A stretch of 64,000 nucleotides of DNA from an uncultured Bifidobacterium sp. GTDB lineage: Bacteria; Actinomycetota; Acidimicrobiia; Acidimicrobiales; Ilumatobacteraceae. The translations under genes were made by a program, and so were the position numbers. A model generated the notes under the pieces. The model was not told the DNA's origin. It saw only the letters and a program-made list of their open reading frames with translations, and searched no databases. Positions 51,737-60,117 of this stretch are shown piece after piece. Position 1 is the first letter of the stretch; every line of letters starts with the position of its first letter. Location of the stretch: NCBI GenBank assembly GCA_964416135.1, contig CAYQCU010000003.1:68815-132814 (forward strand), given 5' to 3'.

Positions 51737-53355
51737 TCGACCCCGAGCGTGTCGAGCGCGTGCTGCTTGAGGCGCTTGTAGTCGACCTTGCCGTTCGGCG
51801 CGCGACCGATGGTGGGCACGAGCACCAGGTGGCGCGGCGCCTTGTACCCGGCGAGGTGCGACTTCACGTGCTCGGCCAACTCCTCGAGCGTGGGCGTCGC
51901 ATCGCCTTCGGTCTCGACGACGGCACAGATCGTCTCCATGAAACGAGGGTCGGGAATGCCCACCGCGACCGCGTCGCGCACCGACGGGTGTTTCTTGAGA
52001 GTCTCTTCCACTTCCTCGGGGAACACCTTCTCTCCGCCGGTGTTGATGCACACCGAACCGCGGCCGAGCAGGTGCAACGTGCCGTCTGCATTCACTTCAG
52101 CCCAGTCGCCCGGCACCGTCCAACGTCGACCTTCGAAGGTGCGGAACGTCGCGGCGGTCTTCTCAGGGTCTTTGTAGTAGCCGAGCGGAATCGCGCCGCC
52201 CACTGCCACCAATCCGCGTTCGCCAGAGCCGGGCTCCACACGACGACCATCCTCGGTGAAGACCACACAGCGTGGACCGAGCTGGAACTGGGCTGTCTTG
52301 ACGGGCGCACCCTTGACCGACACAGATGCACCCATGCCGACTGCTTCCGACGACCCGAACGAGTCGGTGATCGCCATCTGCGGCACGTGCTCGAGGAGAC
52401 CTTGCTTGTTCTCCTGGCTCCACATGACTCCCGACGAACCCATCTGCACGACGCTCGAGAGGTCGTAGCGACCGGGGTTCTGGTCGAGGTGCTCGAGCAT
52501 CGGCCCGGCGAACGCCTGACCCACGATCACGATTGCGTTCGCTTTGCGTCTCTCGACCGTCGACCAGATGGCTTCGGGGTCGAGGTTCCTGTTCGGGAGC
52601 GTGATGACAGCACCGCCGGTGGCGAAATTGATGAAGGCCGAGAACTGACCCGTGCCGTGCATCAACGGACAGCACACGAGACTGCGCGGCCCTTCCTCGC
52701 CCGGCTTCATGCGAGATGCGATCTCGGCGATGTCGGCAGCCGGCGGAATTCCCATCAGGGCGTTGCCGCCGAATCCGAGAACTTCCACGAGATCGCCGTG
52801 GCGCCACATGACACCTTTGGGCATGCCGGTGGTGCCGCCGGTGTAGAGGAACAACATGTTGTCGTCGGTCAACGGCGCCGGCGGCACGACGTCGGGCACC
52901 GAACGATCGGCGACACTTTCGTACGGCACCGCCCACGAGGGCACCTCGGTCACCTCGTCTGAGACCATGTACCAGCGCTTCACCTTCGGCAGCCGTCCGC
53001 GCACCTGGTCGACGAGTGGCGCGAAGACGCCGTGGAAGACGACCGCTTCGGCGTCGGCATTGTCGAAGAGGTAGACGATCTCTTCCGGCCCGTAGCGGTA
53101 GTTGGTGTTGACCGGCACGAACCCCGCGAGGAACGAAGCGAACACACTCTCTGAGTACTCGGGGCTGTTGTAGAGGTACTGGGCGACCTTGGAGTCCTTG
53201 CCGAGACCGGCTGCGAGCATGTCGGCCGCGAGTGCGTTCGCCCGACGGTGGTAGTCACCCCAGGTGCGCACCATGTCGCCGTGCACGAGTGCAGTCCGCT
53301 GCGGTGACGCCTCGGCGATCGCTTTCCACATCAGTCCGTAGTTCCACGTGGTCAT
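51733..53355 (-). CDS. AMP-dependent synthetase/ligase (fatty-acyl-CoA synthetase-like)
   Basis: 'YTGGTTGMPKGV', 'VPGDWAEVNADG', 'NTGGEKVFPEEVE' and 'APNGKVDYK'. Start taken at 'MTTWNYGLMW'. Confidence 0.9.
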   Translation of the reverse strand: MTTWNYGLMWKAIAEASPQRTALVHGDMVRTWGDYHRRANALAADMLAAGLGKDSKVAQYLYNSPEYSESVFASFLAGFVPVNTNYRYGPEEIVYLFDNADAEAVVFHGVFAPLVDQVRGRLPKVKRWYMVSDEVTEVPSWAVPYESVADRSVPDVVPPAPLTDDNMLFLYTGGTTGMPKGVMWRHGDLVEVLGFGGNALMGIPPAADIAEIASRMKPGEEGPRSLVCCPLMHGTGQFSAFINFATGGAVITLPNRNLDPEAIWSTVERRKANAIVIVGQAFAGPMLEHLDQNPGRYDLSSVVQMGSSGVMWSQENKQGLLEHVPQMAITDSFGSSEAVGMGASVSVKGAPVKTAQFQLGPRCVVFTEDGRRVEPGSGERGLVAVGGAIPLGYYKDPEKTAATFRTFEGRRWTVPGDWAEVNADGTLHLLGRGSVCINTGGEKVFPEEVEETLKKHPSVRDAVAVGIPDPRFMETICAVVETEGDATPTLEELAEHVKSHLAGYKAPRHLVLVPTIGRAPNGKVDYKRLKQHALDTLGVE

Positions 53356-53510
53356 ATGCCCCCCCGACGCACGTCGGCACCCCCCGCCGACCGCCAAACC
53401 GTAGCAAGACACGGCAAGGCATTGCCGAGCCGGTTGGCAGCACGCCACTTGCTCGCTACGGTGTGTCGTCTTCCAGCGGGCGGAGTTGGAGCTGGCACAG
53501 GGAGTGGTCT

Positions 53511-53708
53511 GTGGCGCGTCTGTCGAAGCGTGACGTCGAACAGTTGCTCGACGACTACGACGCAGACCCCCTGGGAGCGCTGAACAAGGCGCTAGCGGCC
53601 GTCGGGGCGGAATCGGCCCTCATCGCCTCTGTCCAGACCATGAGTGAGCCGGAGCGCGACTCGTTGGTGCGTGATCTCGTGGAATGGCGAGGACTCACCG
53701 CCCCGTGA
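53511..53708 (+). CDS. Hypothetical small protein (65 aa)
   Basis: GTG sub-ORF with a GGGAG RBS: 'VARLSKRDVEQLLDDYDADPLGALNKALAAV...'. The upstream part of the track ORF overlaps the ligase antisense. Confidence 0.4.
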   Translation: MARLSKRDVEQLLDDYDADPLGALNKALAAVGAESALIASVQTMSEPERDSLVRDLVEWRGLTAP

Positions 53709-53753
53709 CGCGGTGTGAGATGACGCGACGAAGCGGAAAGCCCCACTCGACGT

Positions 53754-54812
53754 TCAGCCGCACAATGACAATGAGTCGTGATCAAGTGCTTGCAGCACGT
53801 GACGTGTCGCCATCGCGGCGAACATCTGGTCGCCACGATCAGTGCGTTGCACGATCTGCGACGCGACGACAGCCATGACGAGCCCGGAGAGCGACTCGCG
53901 CCTGTAGTGCTCGCGCACCCAGCCCCGATCGAGCACATGACCGTACGACTCGACACCGACGCAGTACTGCTCGACGAGGTCCCATTCGTGTCGGCGGCGA
54001 TCATCGGGCAGCAGTCCCGCCCCGATGAAGTACGCGAGGTCGGAGATGCCGTTGCCGTGCCCGGGTGTCTGCCAGTCGACGACTGCGCAGGCAGCCCCTC
54101 CGGCCGACGTACCGAAGAGCATGTTGTCGAGACGGTAGTCACCGTGGGTCACGGTGTAGGGCTCGCTCTTCGCAGCCACGTACCCGGGCAGTTTCTGACC
54201 CAGTTCGTCGACCATCGCGACGCCCGTGTCTCCGGCAACGCCGCGCAGTGCGTCACCGAATGTCTCCAAGAAACCGGCTTGGACCGCGCGATAGATGCCG
54301 ACGAGTTGCGCAGAGTCGTCGGCCGTCTCACGCCGGCCGAGCCAATCGATCTCGCGGAGGGTCGCATCGTTCCACCGCGGACCGTGCAGTCGAGCGAGTT
54401 CGTCCACCGCGAGACGAGCGTGATCGAGCGAACAACCGGTGATCTGGTTTCCCTGTTCGGCCGGCGCCATGTCTTCGAGAACGATCACGAAGTCACCGGT
54501 GGCCTGGTTCCAGTCGGCATGGTGGCAACGCGGCACCCTGATGTCGACTGTCGATGCAATCTCTCGGTAGAAGCGCACTTCCCGCTCGTAGTTGCGCAGC
54601 GCGATTCCCGTCGCACGACTGGTCGGGTCGGTGGAGGCCAGTTTCACCACGACGCTCGCGGGCACACCGTCGCCGTCGAGTTCGAACCGCAGGTTCATAC
54701 CCACAAGACCGTCACCGATCCGTGTCGGGTCGCTCGCCCGCACGGCGGTGCCGAACACCTCCGACCACCACGGGTCAGTCAACGTGTCGACACTCCAGTT
54801 GGTCTCCCCCAC
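53754..54812 (-). CDS. Phosphotransferase-family kinase (APH/EcKL-like)
   Basis: 'VTHGDYRLDNMLF' catalytic loop and 'AVVDWQTPG'. Paralogue of 1283..2401. Confidence 0.8.
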   Translation of the reverse strand: MGETNWSVDTLTDPWWSEVFGTAVRASDPTRIGDGLVGMNLRFELDGDGVPASVVVKLASTDPTSRATGIALRNYEREVRFYREIASTVDIRVPRCHHADWNQATGDFVIVLEDMAPAEQGNQITGCSLDHARLAVDELARLHGPRWNDATLREIDWLGRRETADDSAQLVGIYRAVQAGFLETFGDALRGVAGDTGVAMVDELGQKLPGYVAAKSEPYTVTHGDYRLDNMLFGTSAGGAACAVVDWQTPGHGNGISDLAYFIGAGLLPDDRRRHEWDLVEQYCVGVESYGHVLDRGWVREHYRRESLSGLVMAVVASQIVQRTDRGDQMFAAMATRHVLQALDHDSLSLCG

Positions 54813-54859
54813 CAGGGCAACGGTACTGCCCGCGAGACCAGCGGTAGCGTTCGTGTCGC

Positions 54860-55630
54860 ATGCGGCGTCTCCTCACCCCCCGCTGGATCGGGCTCCACCT
54901 GCTGGTGGTCGCCGTGGTCGCGGTCATGATGAACCTCGGCCTCTGGCAACTCTCGCGCCTCGACGAGAAGCGAGCCACCAACGCGGTCATCGAGGCACGC
55001 GCCGCCGAGGCACCTCTCGACATTTCAGATGTCCGGGGCGGCGGCGACCTCGACCCGGACGAGCACGAGTGGCGTCCGGTGATCGTTCGCGGCGCCTACG
55101 ACCCGGCGCGCGCCGTCACCGTGCTGAACCGATCGGCCGAGGGCATCGCCGGAACCCACCAGGTCGTTCCGTTCCGCGCCGAGGACGGGCGTTGGATCTT
55201 CGTCAACCGTGGCTTCGTGCCCCTCGTCGAACAAGCACCCGCCGTGCCGTCGGCGCCGATGACCGTTGTCGGCTTCCTCAAAGAGAGCGAGAAACGGGGA
55301 ACCCTCGGTGCAGTCGACTCGGTCGATGCGGGAACGGTCGAGTTCCAACGTCTCGACATACCGCTCATCGCACGACCGATCACCGAGTCGGGCGGCACTG
55401 TCGAGACGATGTTTCTGTTGCTGGCCCAGGAGGCGCCAGAGACCCCGGGGACCTGGCCGGCGCGGATTCCTCTCCCGCCACTCGACGAAGGGTCACACCA
55501 GTCGTATGCGGGACAGTGGTTCTTGTTCTCACTCGTGGCAGTCGGCGGGTGGATCGTGATCGTACGCCGCACGCTCCGTTCGACGGCCCACGACCCAGAA
55601 CCGGCGCCGCACGACGTCGCCGCTCAGTGA
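54860..55630 (+). CDS. SURF1-family protein (cytochrome oxidase assembly)
   Basis: N-terminal TM 'WIGLHLLVVAVVAVMMNLGLWQLSRL', 'NRGFVP', and the C-terminal 'HQSYAGQWFLFSLVAV' TM. Confidence 0.8.
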   Translation: MRRLLTPRWIGLHLLVVAVVAVMMNLGLWQLSRLDEKRATNAVIEARAAEAPLDISDVRGGGDLDPDEHEWRPVIVRGAYDPARAVTVLNRSAEGIAGTHQVVPFRAEDGRWIFVNRGFVPLVEQAPAVPSAPMTVVGFLKESEKRGTLGAVDSVDAGTVEFQRLDIPLIARPITESGGTVETMFLLLAQEAPETPGTWPARIPLPPLDEGSHQSYAGQWFLFSLVAVGGWIVIVRRTLRSTAHDPEPAPHDVAAQ

Positions 55631-56556
55631 CCGGCTGACTCCATGGCGTGCATGCGCCTGAACTGTTCCACCACGTCCGGACTCCTGTGTGACGGGTCGA
55701 GCGTGCGGTACACCGCGTCGACGTTCACCGCGAGACGGCCGAACTCACCCCAGTCGGCGAACCCGTTCAGTGCGATGTCGCGTGCCGCATCCCATGCGTC
55801 CATGCCGCCGCGTTGTCGCTCGGTCGCCTCGCGCTCGACGAACGACAGGTAGTCACGGATCGCCACGACTCCTGCCTTGTCGGTGAGCGGACCGTGTCCG
55901 GGCACGATGTGGTCGACATCGGCCTCACAGATCAGGTCACAGGCTGCGATCCAATTCGACAACGGCCCTGCCCACACGATCGGTGTGCCTCCGATGAAGA
56001 GAATGTCGCCGGTGTAGACCACCTTGGCATCGGGAACGAAGACCAATGCATCACCTCGCGTATGTGCCGGACCGACCTCCACGAGTTCGACTGCACGTCC
56101 GCCCACCTCGAAGTCGTACCTGCCGGTGAACGTGCGGCTCGGCAACACCGGGTCGATGCCGTCGAAGTCGAAGGCCCCGAAGAACGACCGGAACAGGTCG
56201 CCGACCTCGCCGGGCGCTTTGTTGAGAGCAGCCAGCATGGCCGGTGGCACCTCGCGCATCTCTTCTGCGGCTGACTCGGTGGCGATGATCTCGGCGTCGC
56301 GCACCAGTTGATTGCCGTAGCAATGGTCGCCGTTCGCGTGAGTGTTGACGACAGTCGAGATGGGAGATGCACCCGTGAGCGGCACCATCGCATCGAGCAT
56401 GCGCTGGGTGATCTTGAGGTCGAACAACGTGTCGACGAGGAGCGACTGACCGTCGCCCACCACGAGACCGGCGTTCGACCAACCCCAGCCGCCGTCGGGC
56501 TGCAACCACGCGTGGCAGCCGTCTCCCAGTTCGTGCAGTCCGAGTGTGTAGGTCAT
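55624..56556 (-). CDS. MBL-fold metallo-hydrolase
   Basis: 'VVNTHANGDHCYGN' (HxHxDH-type), 'GPAHTRGD' and 'VPGHGP'. ATGA overlap with the upstream GMC gene. Confidence 0.85.
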   Translation of the reverse strand: MTYTLGLHELGDGCHAWLQPDGGWGWSNAGLVVGDGQSLLVDTLFDLKITQRMLDAMVPLTGASPISTVVNTHANGDHCYGNQLVRDAEIIATESAAEEMREVPPAMLAALNKAPGEVGDLFRSFFGAFDFDGIDPVLPSRTFTGRYDFEVGGRAVELVEVGPAHTRGDALVFVPDAKVVYTGDILFIGGTPIVWAGPLSNWIAACDLICEADVDHIVPGHGPLTDKAGVVAIRDYLSFVEREATERQRGGMDAWDAARDIALNGFADWGEFGRLAVNVDAVYRTLDPSHRSPDVVEQFRRMHAMESAGH

Positions 56557-57677
56557 GTCAACTCCTCCCCCAGGGTCGCAGCAATCCGCAACGCCTCCAT
56601 TGTGACAGCCGCAGCCGGCGTTTCCGGCGGCACCGTTCCGAGCACCGATGCATCAGCAACGGTCACGTTGTCGGTGCCGTGCAGACGCCCAGCCCGGTTG
56701 ACGGCCGTGACACACGACGATGCCGCGTGTGACACCATCGCCGGCGCCGCGAGCCCGTGCACCATGAATCCGCACTCATCGGCGAGGTCGACGAGACGGC
56801 GGCCCATCTCGGTGTGGGCGACACGGTCGCCCGTGGTCGACAGGTCGCCGAAGTCGAATTTCAATTCTCCGTCGTCGAGCATCACCCGCCCGCGCGACTC
56901 GACATCCATCAACGACGACATCAAGAGTCCGACGTCCGGGTCATGGGCCGAGGCTCGTTCATAGGCGATCGTGAGAATGCGTCGACCGTTCGACGTCACC
57001 GCGTCGTGCACGACACTGGCATCGAAGCGAGCTCCGCCGGCCAGCGCGTGGAACACCACCGCGAGACTGGGGTGGTTCTGGAGACCCACACCGATCGTGG
57101 GAGCAAGACGATCGAGCCCCGAGCGCAGCAACAATGCAGGCGTCAAGATGGCCCCGGCTGTCACCACCACCTGGTCACACGGAATCTCCCCGTCTCGGGT
57201 GACCACGGCTGCGGCGCGTCCGTTCCGCACGTCGATTCGCTCGGCCGCGGTGCGACGATGCTCGATGCGTCCCTCGTCGACCAGATGAGCGACCGCACGA
57301 CCCGGATTCCACCGACCACCGTTCCACCAGAGCCTCGTCGCGCGTCCCCCGGCGGCCAGCAGTGCGCGCGCTGCCGGCCCCATGTCGGCGTCGGTCGCCA
57401 TTCGCGTGAGCCCTGCAAGATGCGGTGGTGCCTCGCCAGACAGCACCATTGCGTTCACCGCACTTCCACCTCCGACGACACGCGGTTGTTGGTAGCCGTC
57501 GAGCGGCCACGTGTCGGCGCCGGTGAGCACGTCGAAGAAGCCCGGTGTGTCGTCTGATTCGGACACGGTGCCCGGTTCCACGAGCACGATCTCCCATGTT
57601 GTCGCAGCCGCGAGGTGCGCAGCGACCGTCGACCCCGCCGTCCCTGCGCCGATCACGACGAGAACTCCCGAGCTCAT
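56553..57677 (-). CDS. GMC-family FAD oxidoreductase, unusually compact (374 aa)
   Basis: N-terminal dinucleotide fold 'VVIGAGTAGSTVA'. C-terminal 'SHAASSCV...RLHGTDNVTVADASVL' resembles the GMC C-domain. Confidence 0.7.
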   Translation of the reverse strand: MSSGVLVVIGAGTAGSTVAAHLAAATTWEIVLVEPGTVSESDDTPGFFDVLTGADTWPLDGYQQPRVVGGGSAVNAMVLSGEAPPHLAGLTRMATDADMGPAARALLAAGGRATRLWWNGGRWNPGRAVAHLVDEGRIEHRRTAAERIDVRNGRAAAVVTRDGEIPCDQVVVTAGAILTPALLLRSGLDRLAPTIGVGLQNHPSLAVVFHALAGGARFDASVVHDAVTSNGRRILTIAYERASAHDPDVGLLMSSLMDVESRGRVMLDDGELKFDFGDLSTTGDRVAHTEMGRRLVDLADECGFMVHGLAAPAMVSHAASSCVTAVNRAGRLHGTDNVTVADASVLGTVPPETPAAAVTMEALRIAATLGEELT

Positions 57678-57680
57678 CGC

Positions 57681-59123
57681 TCAGGCCAGCTTCTCGACGA
57701 AGGCCTCCAGTTGCCGCAGGTTGCGGCACTCATAGACACCGTCGGTGTGCGTGCCGTACTCGCTGACGATCGAGTCACCGGTGTCCCAATAGGAGCGCGG
57801 TTCGGGGTTCAACCAGTACACATGGCGGGCCTTCTGGCGCATCTCCTTGATGACCCAGGCCTGTGATGCGTGATAGTTGTTGCGCGCGTCGCCGAGGAGA
57901 ATGACCGTCGACTTCGGACTGATCTCCTTGCCCCACTTGTCCCAGAACACCTCGAAAGCGTGGCCGTAGTCGCTGTGGCCGTCGACCCAGATGACGTCTG
58001 CCTCGGTGTTGATGCGATGGATCGCCTCCGAGATGTCCTCGGTCTTCTTGAAGTAGTCGGTCACCTCGTCGATGCCGTCGATGAAGACGAATGCCCGCAC
58101 CTTCGAGAACTGGTTCGAGATCGCGTACACCAGCATCAACGTGAACCGTGCGAAGGCCGCGACACTGCCGGAGATGTCGGCCACCACGATCAGCTCGGGC
58201 TTGGCCGGGCGCGGGTACTTGAACTTCGGCTCGGCCGGTACGCCGCCGTAGGCGAGGCTGTGGCGCACAGTGTTGCGGAAGTCGAGGGGGCCTTTGCGTC
58301 CGTGACGTCGCTTGCGGGCGAGCCGGGCCGCGAGCTTTCGTGTCAGCGGCTGCAGAGCCTTCTTCAGGTTCTGCATCTCGTCGCGGCTCGCGTGCATGAA
58401 CTCGACGTCTTCGGGCAACGGCTTGCGCAGAGTCTTGGCCATGGCCTCGGCCCCGCGATCAGCCACCAGGCGACGCCTGATCTCGGCCTCGACTTCCTGC
58501 TTGAACTTCTCGATGCGGTCCTGGTATTCGTCGCGCTCGAGTCGCTCCTCGAGCGACGTGAGATCTCCCGTCGCCTGCTGGCGACTCTGATCCATGAGCT
58601 TCTCGAGCATTCCGTCGAGGTCGAGATTGCGCAGCGTGCGGTACAGGTAATAGGTGCCGCCCACCGGTCGACCCGGCTCCATACCGGCGAAGCGCTGCAC
58701 CGCCTGGCGCGCGAGCGCACGCATCATGGCCTGGTCGCCGTTCATGAGCGCGTTCATGAGAATGCTCATCAACTCTTCGGGCGTCAGCTGGTCCATCGCG
58801 CCACCCGAGCCCTCGCCGGCGCCCTGGCGCATCTGATCCATCTGCTCCTGCATCTGGCGGAAGAAGTCGTCGAGGTCACCTTCGGAGCCGTCGATCTTGT
58901 ACTCGGGGCCGCGGAGACTGAAGTACACCTCGAACACCGTCTCGAACGACCGCCAGTGGGCGTGGTTCTTCACCAGCGTCGCGCCGAGGGCGTACTTGAA
59001 GGCCTCGCGGTCTTCGAGCGGGATGTGCTGGATCGCCTCCATCGCGTCGAGGTTCTCGGTCAGGCTCACGGGCAGACCCGCGTTGCGCAACTCGACGATG
59101 AAACCGGAGATCAGATCGAGCAT
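57681..59123 (-). CDS. VWA domain-containing CoxE-like protein
   Basis: C-terminal VWA with MIDAS 'VVADISGSVAAF' and a long helical N-region. Positioned 3 nt after a MoxR/CoxD-like ATPase. Confidence 0.85.
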   Translation of the reverse strand: MLDLISGFIVELRNAGLPVSLTENLDAMEAIQHIPLEDREAFKYALGATLVKNHAHWRSFETVFEVYFSLRGPEYKIDGSEGDLDDFFRQMQEQMDQMRQGAGEGSGGAMDQLTPEELMSILMNALMNGDQAMMRALARQAVQRFAGMEPGRPVGGTYYLYRTLRNLDLDGMLEKLMDQSRQQATGDLTSLEERLERDEYQDRIEKFKQEVEAEIRRRLVADRGAEAMAKTLRKPLPEDVEFMHASRDEMQNLKKALQPLTRKLAARLARKRRHGRKGPLDFRNTVRHSLAYGGVPAEPKFKYPRPAKPELIVVADISGSVAAFARFTLMLVYAISNQFSKVRAFVFIDGIDEVTDYFKKTEDISEAIHRINTEADVIWVDGHSDYGHAFEVFWDKWGKEISPKSTVILLGDARNNYHASQAWVIKEMRQKARHVYWLNPEPRSYWDTGDSIVSEYGTHTDGVYECRNLRQLEAFVEKLA

Positions 59124-59126
59124 GAC

Positions 59127-59990
59127 TCAGTCGTCCGAGAGTTCCTTGGCGGCCTTCGTGATGTCGCTCTGGTACTTCAGCAAGATGTGCAGGGTCTCCT
59201 TGGCCTTCTCGGCGTCGATCGAGTCGATACCGAGCAACACGAGCGTGCGTGCCCAGTCGAGGGTCTCGCTGACCGACGGCGCCTTCTTGAGGTCGAGCTG
59301 ACGGATGCTGCGCACGATCCGTGCCACCTGGTCGGCCAGCATCTCACTGATGCCCGGCACCTTGGTGAGCACGATCTCTTTCTCGCGGTCCATCTGCGGG
59401 TAGTCCACGTGGAGGAACAGACAGCGACGCTTGAGGGCCTCGGAGAGTTCGCGCGTGTTGTTCGAGGTGAGGAACACCAACGGCACCTGCTTGGCGTTGA
59501 TCGTTCCCAGTTCGGGAATCGACACCTGGTACTCCGAGAGAATCTCGAGCAGCAGCGCCTCTGTCTCCACTTCCACGCGGTCGACTTCGTCGATGAGCAG
59601 CACCACCGGGTCTTCGGCCGTGATCGCCTCCAGCAACGGGCGCGTCAGCAAGAACTCGGGGCCGAAGATGTCATCGTGGATCTCGGTCCACGAGTCGGCG
59701 CTGCGGTCTGCCTGGATGCGCAGCAACTGCTTCTTGTAGTTCCACTCGTAGAGCGCCTTCGACTCGTCGAGACCCTCGTAGCACTGCAAGCGAATGAGCC
59801 GTGCACCGGTCATCTCGGCGATGCTCTTTGCGAGCTGGGTCTTTCCGGTGCCGGCCGGGCCTTCCACCAGGATCGGCTTGCCGAGCCTGTCAGCGAGGAA
59901 CGCCACACCGGCGATGCCCTCGTCGGCGAGATAATTGACAGCCTTCAGACCATCTCGGACCTGCTGGACGGATTCGAAGCGTGGAGCCAT
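59127..59990 (-). CDS. MoxR/CoxD-like AAA+ ATPase
   Basis: 'LVEGPAGTGKTQLAK', 'RLQCYEGLDESKALYEW', Walker B 'VLLIDEVDR' and 'LFLTSNNTRELSEALKRRC'. Start taken at 'MAPRFESV'. Confidence 0.9.
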   Translation of the reverse strand: MAPRFESVQQVRDGLKAVNYLADEGIAGVAFLADRLGKPILVEGPAGTGKTQLAKSIAEMTGARLIRLQCYEGLDESKALYEWNYKKQLLRIQADRSADSWTEIHDDIFGPEFLLTRPLLEAITAEDPVVLLIDEVDRVEVETEALLLEILSEYQVSIPELGTINAKQVPLVFLTSNNTRELSEALKRRCLFLHVDYPQMDREKEIVLTKVPGISEMLADQVARIVRSIRQLDLKKAPSVSETLDWARTLVLLGIDSIDAEKAKETLHILLKYQSDITKAAKELSDD

Positions 59991-60117
59991 AAGGCTTCCA
60001 CCGTACTCGCCGGGAACCGATCGCACGCAGTGGAACCACATCGACCCGGGTCGGCTCCGCCTGGCGCAGTTCCCTCGATCAAGGTCCAGAGACAGTCGCT
60101 GCTCCTAGTGTTGAACC

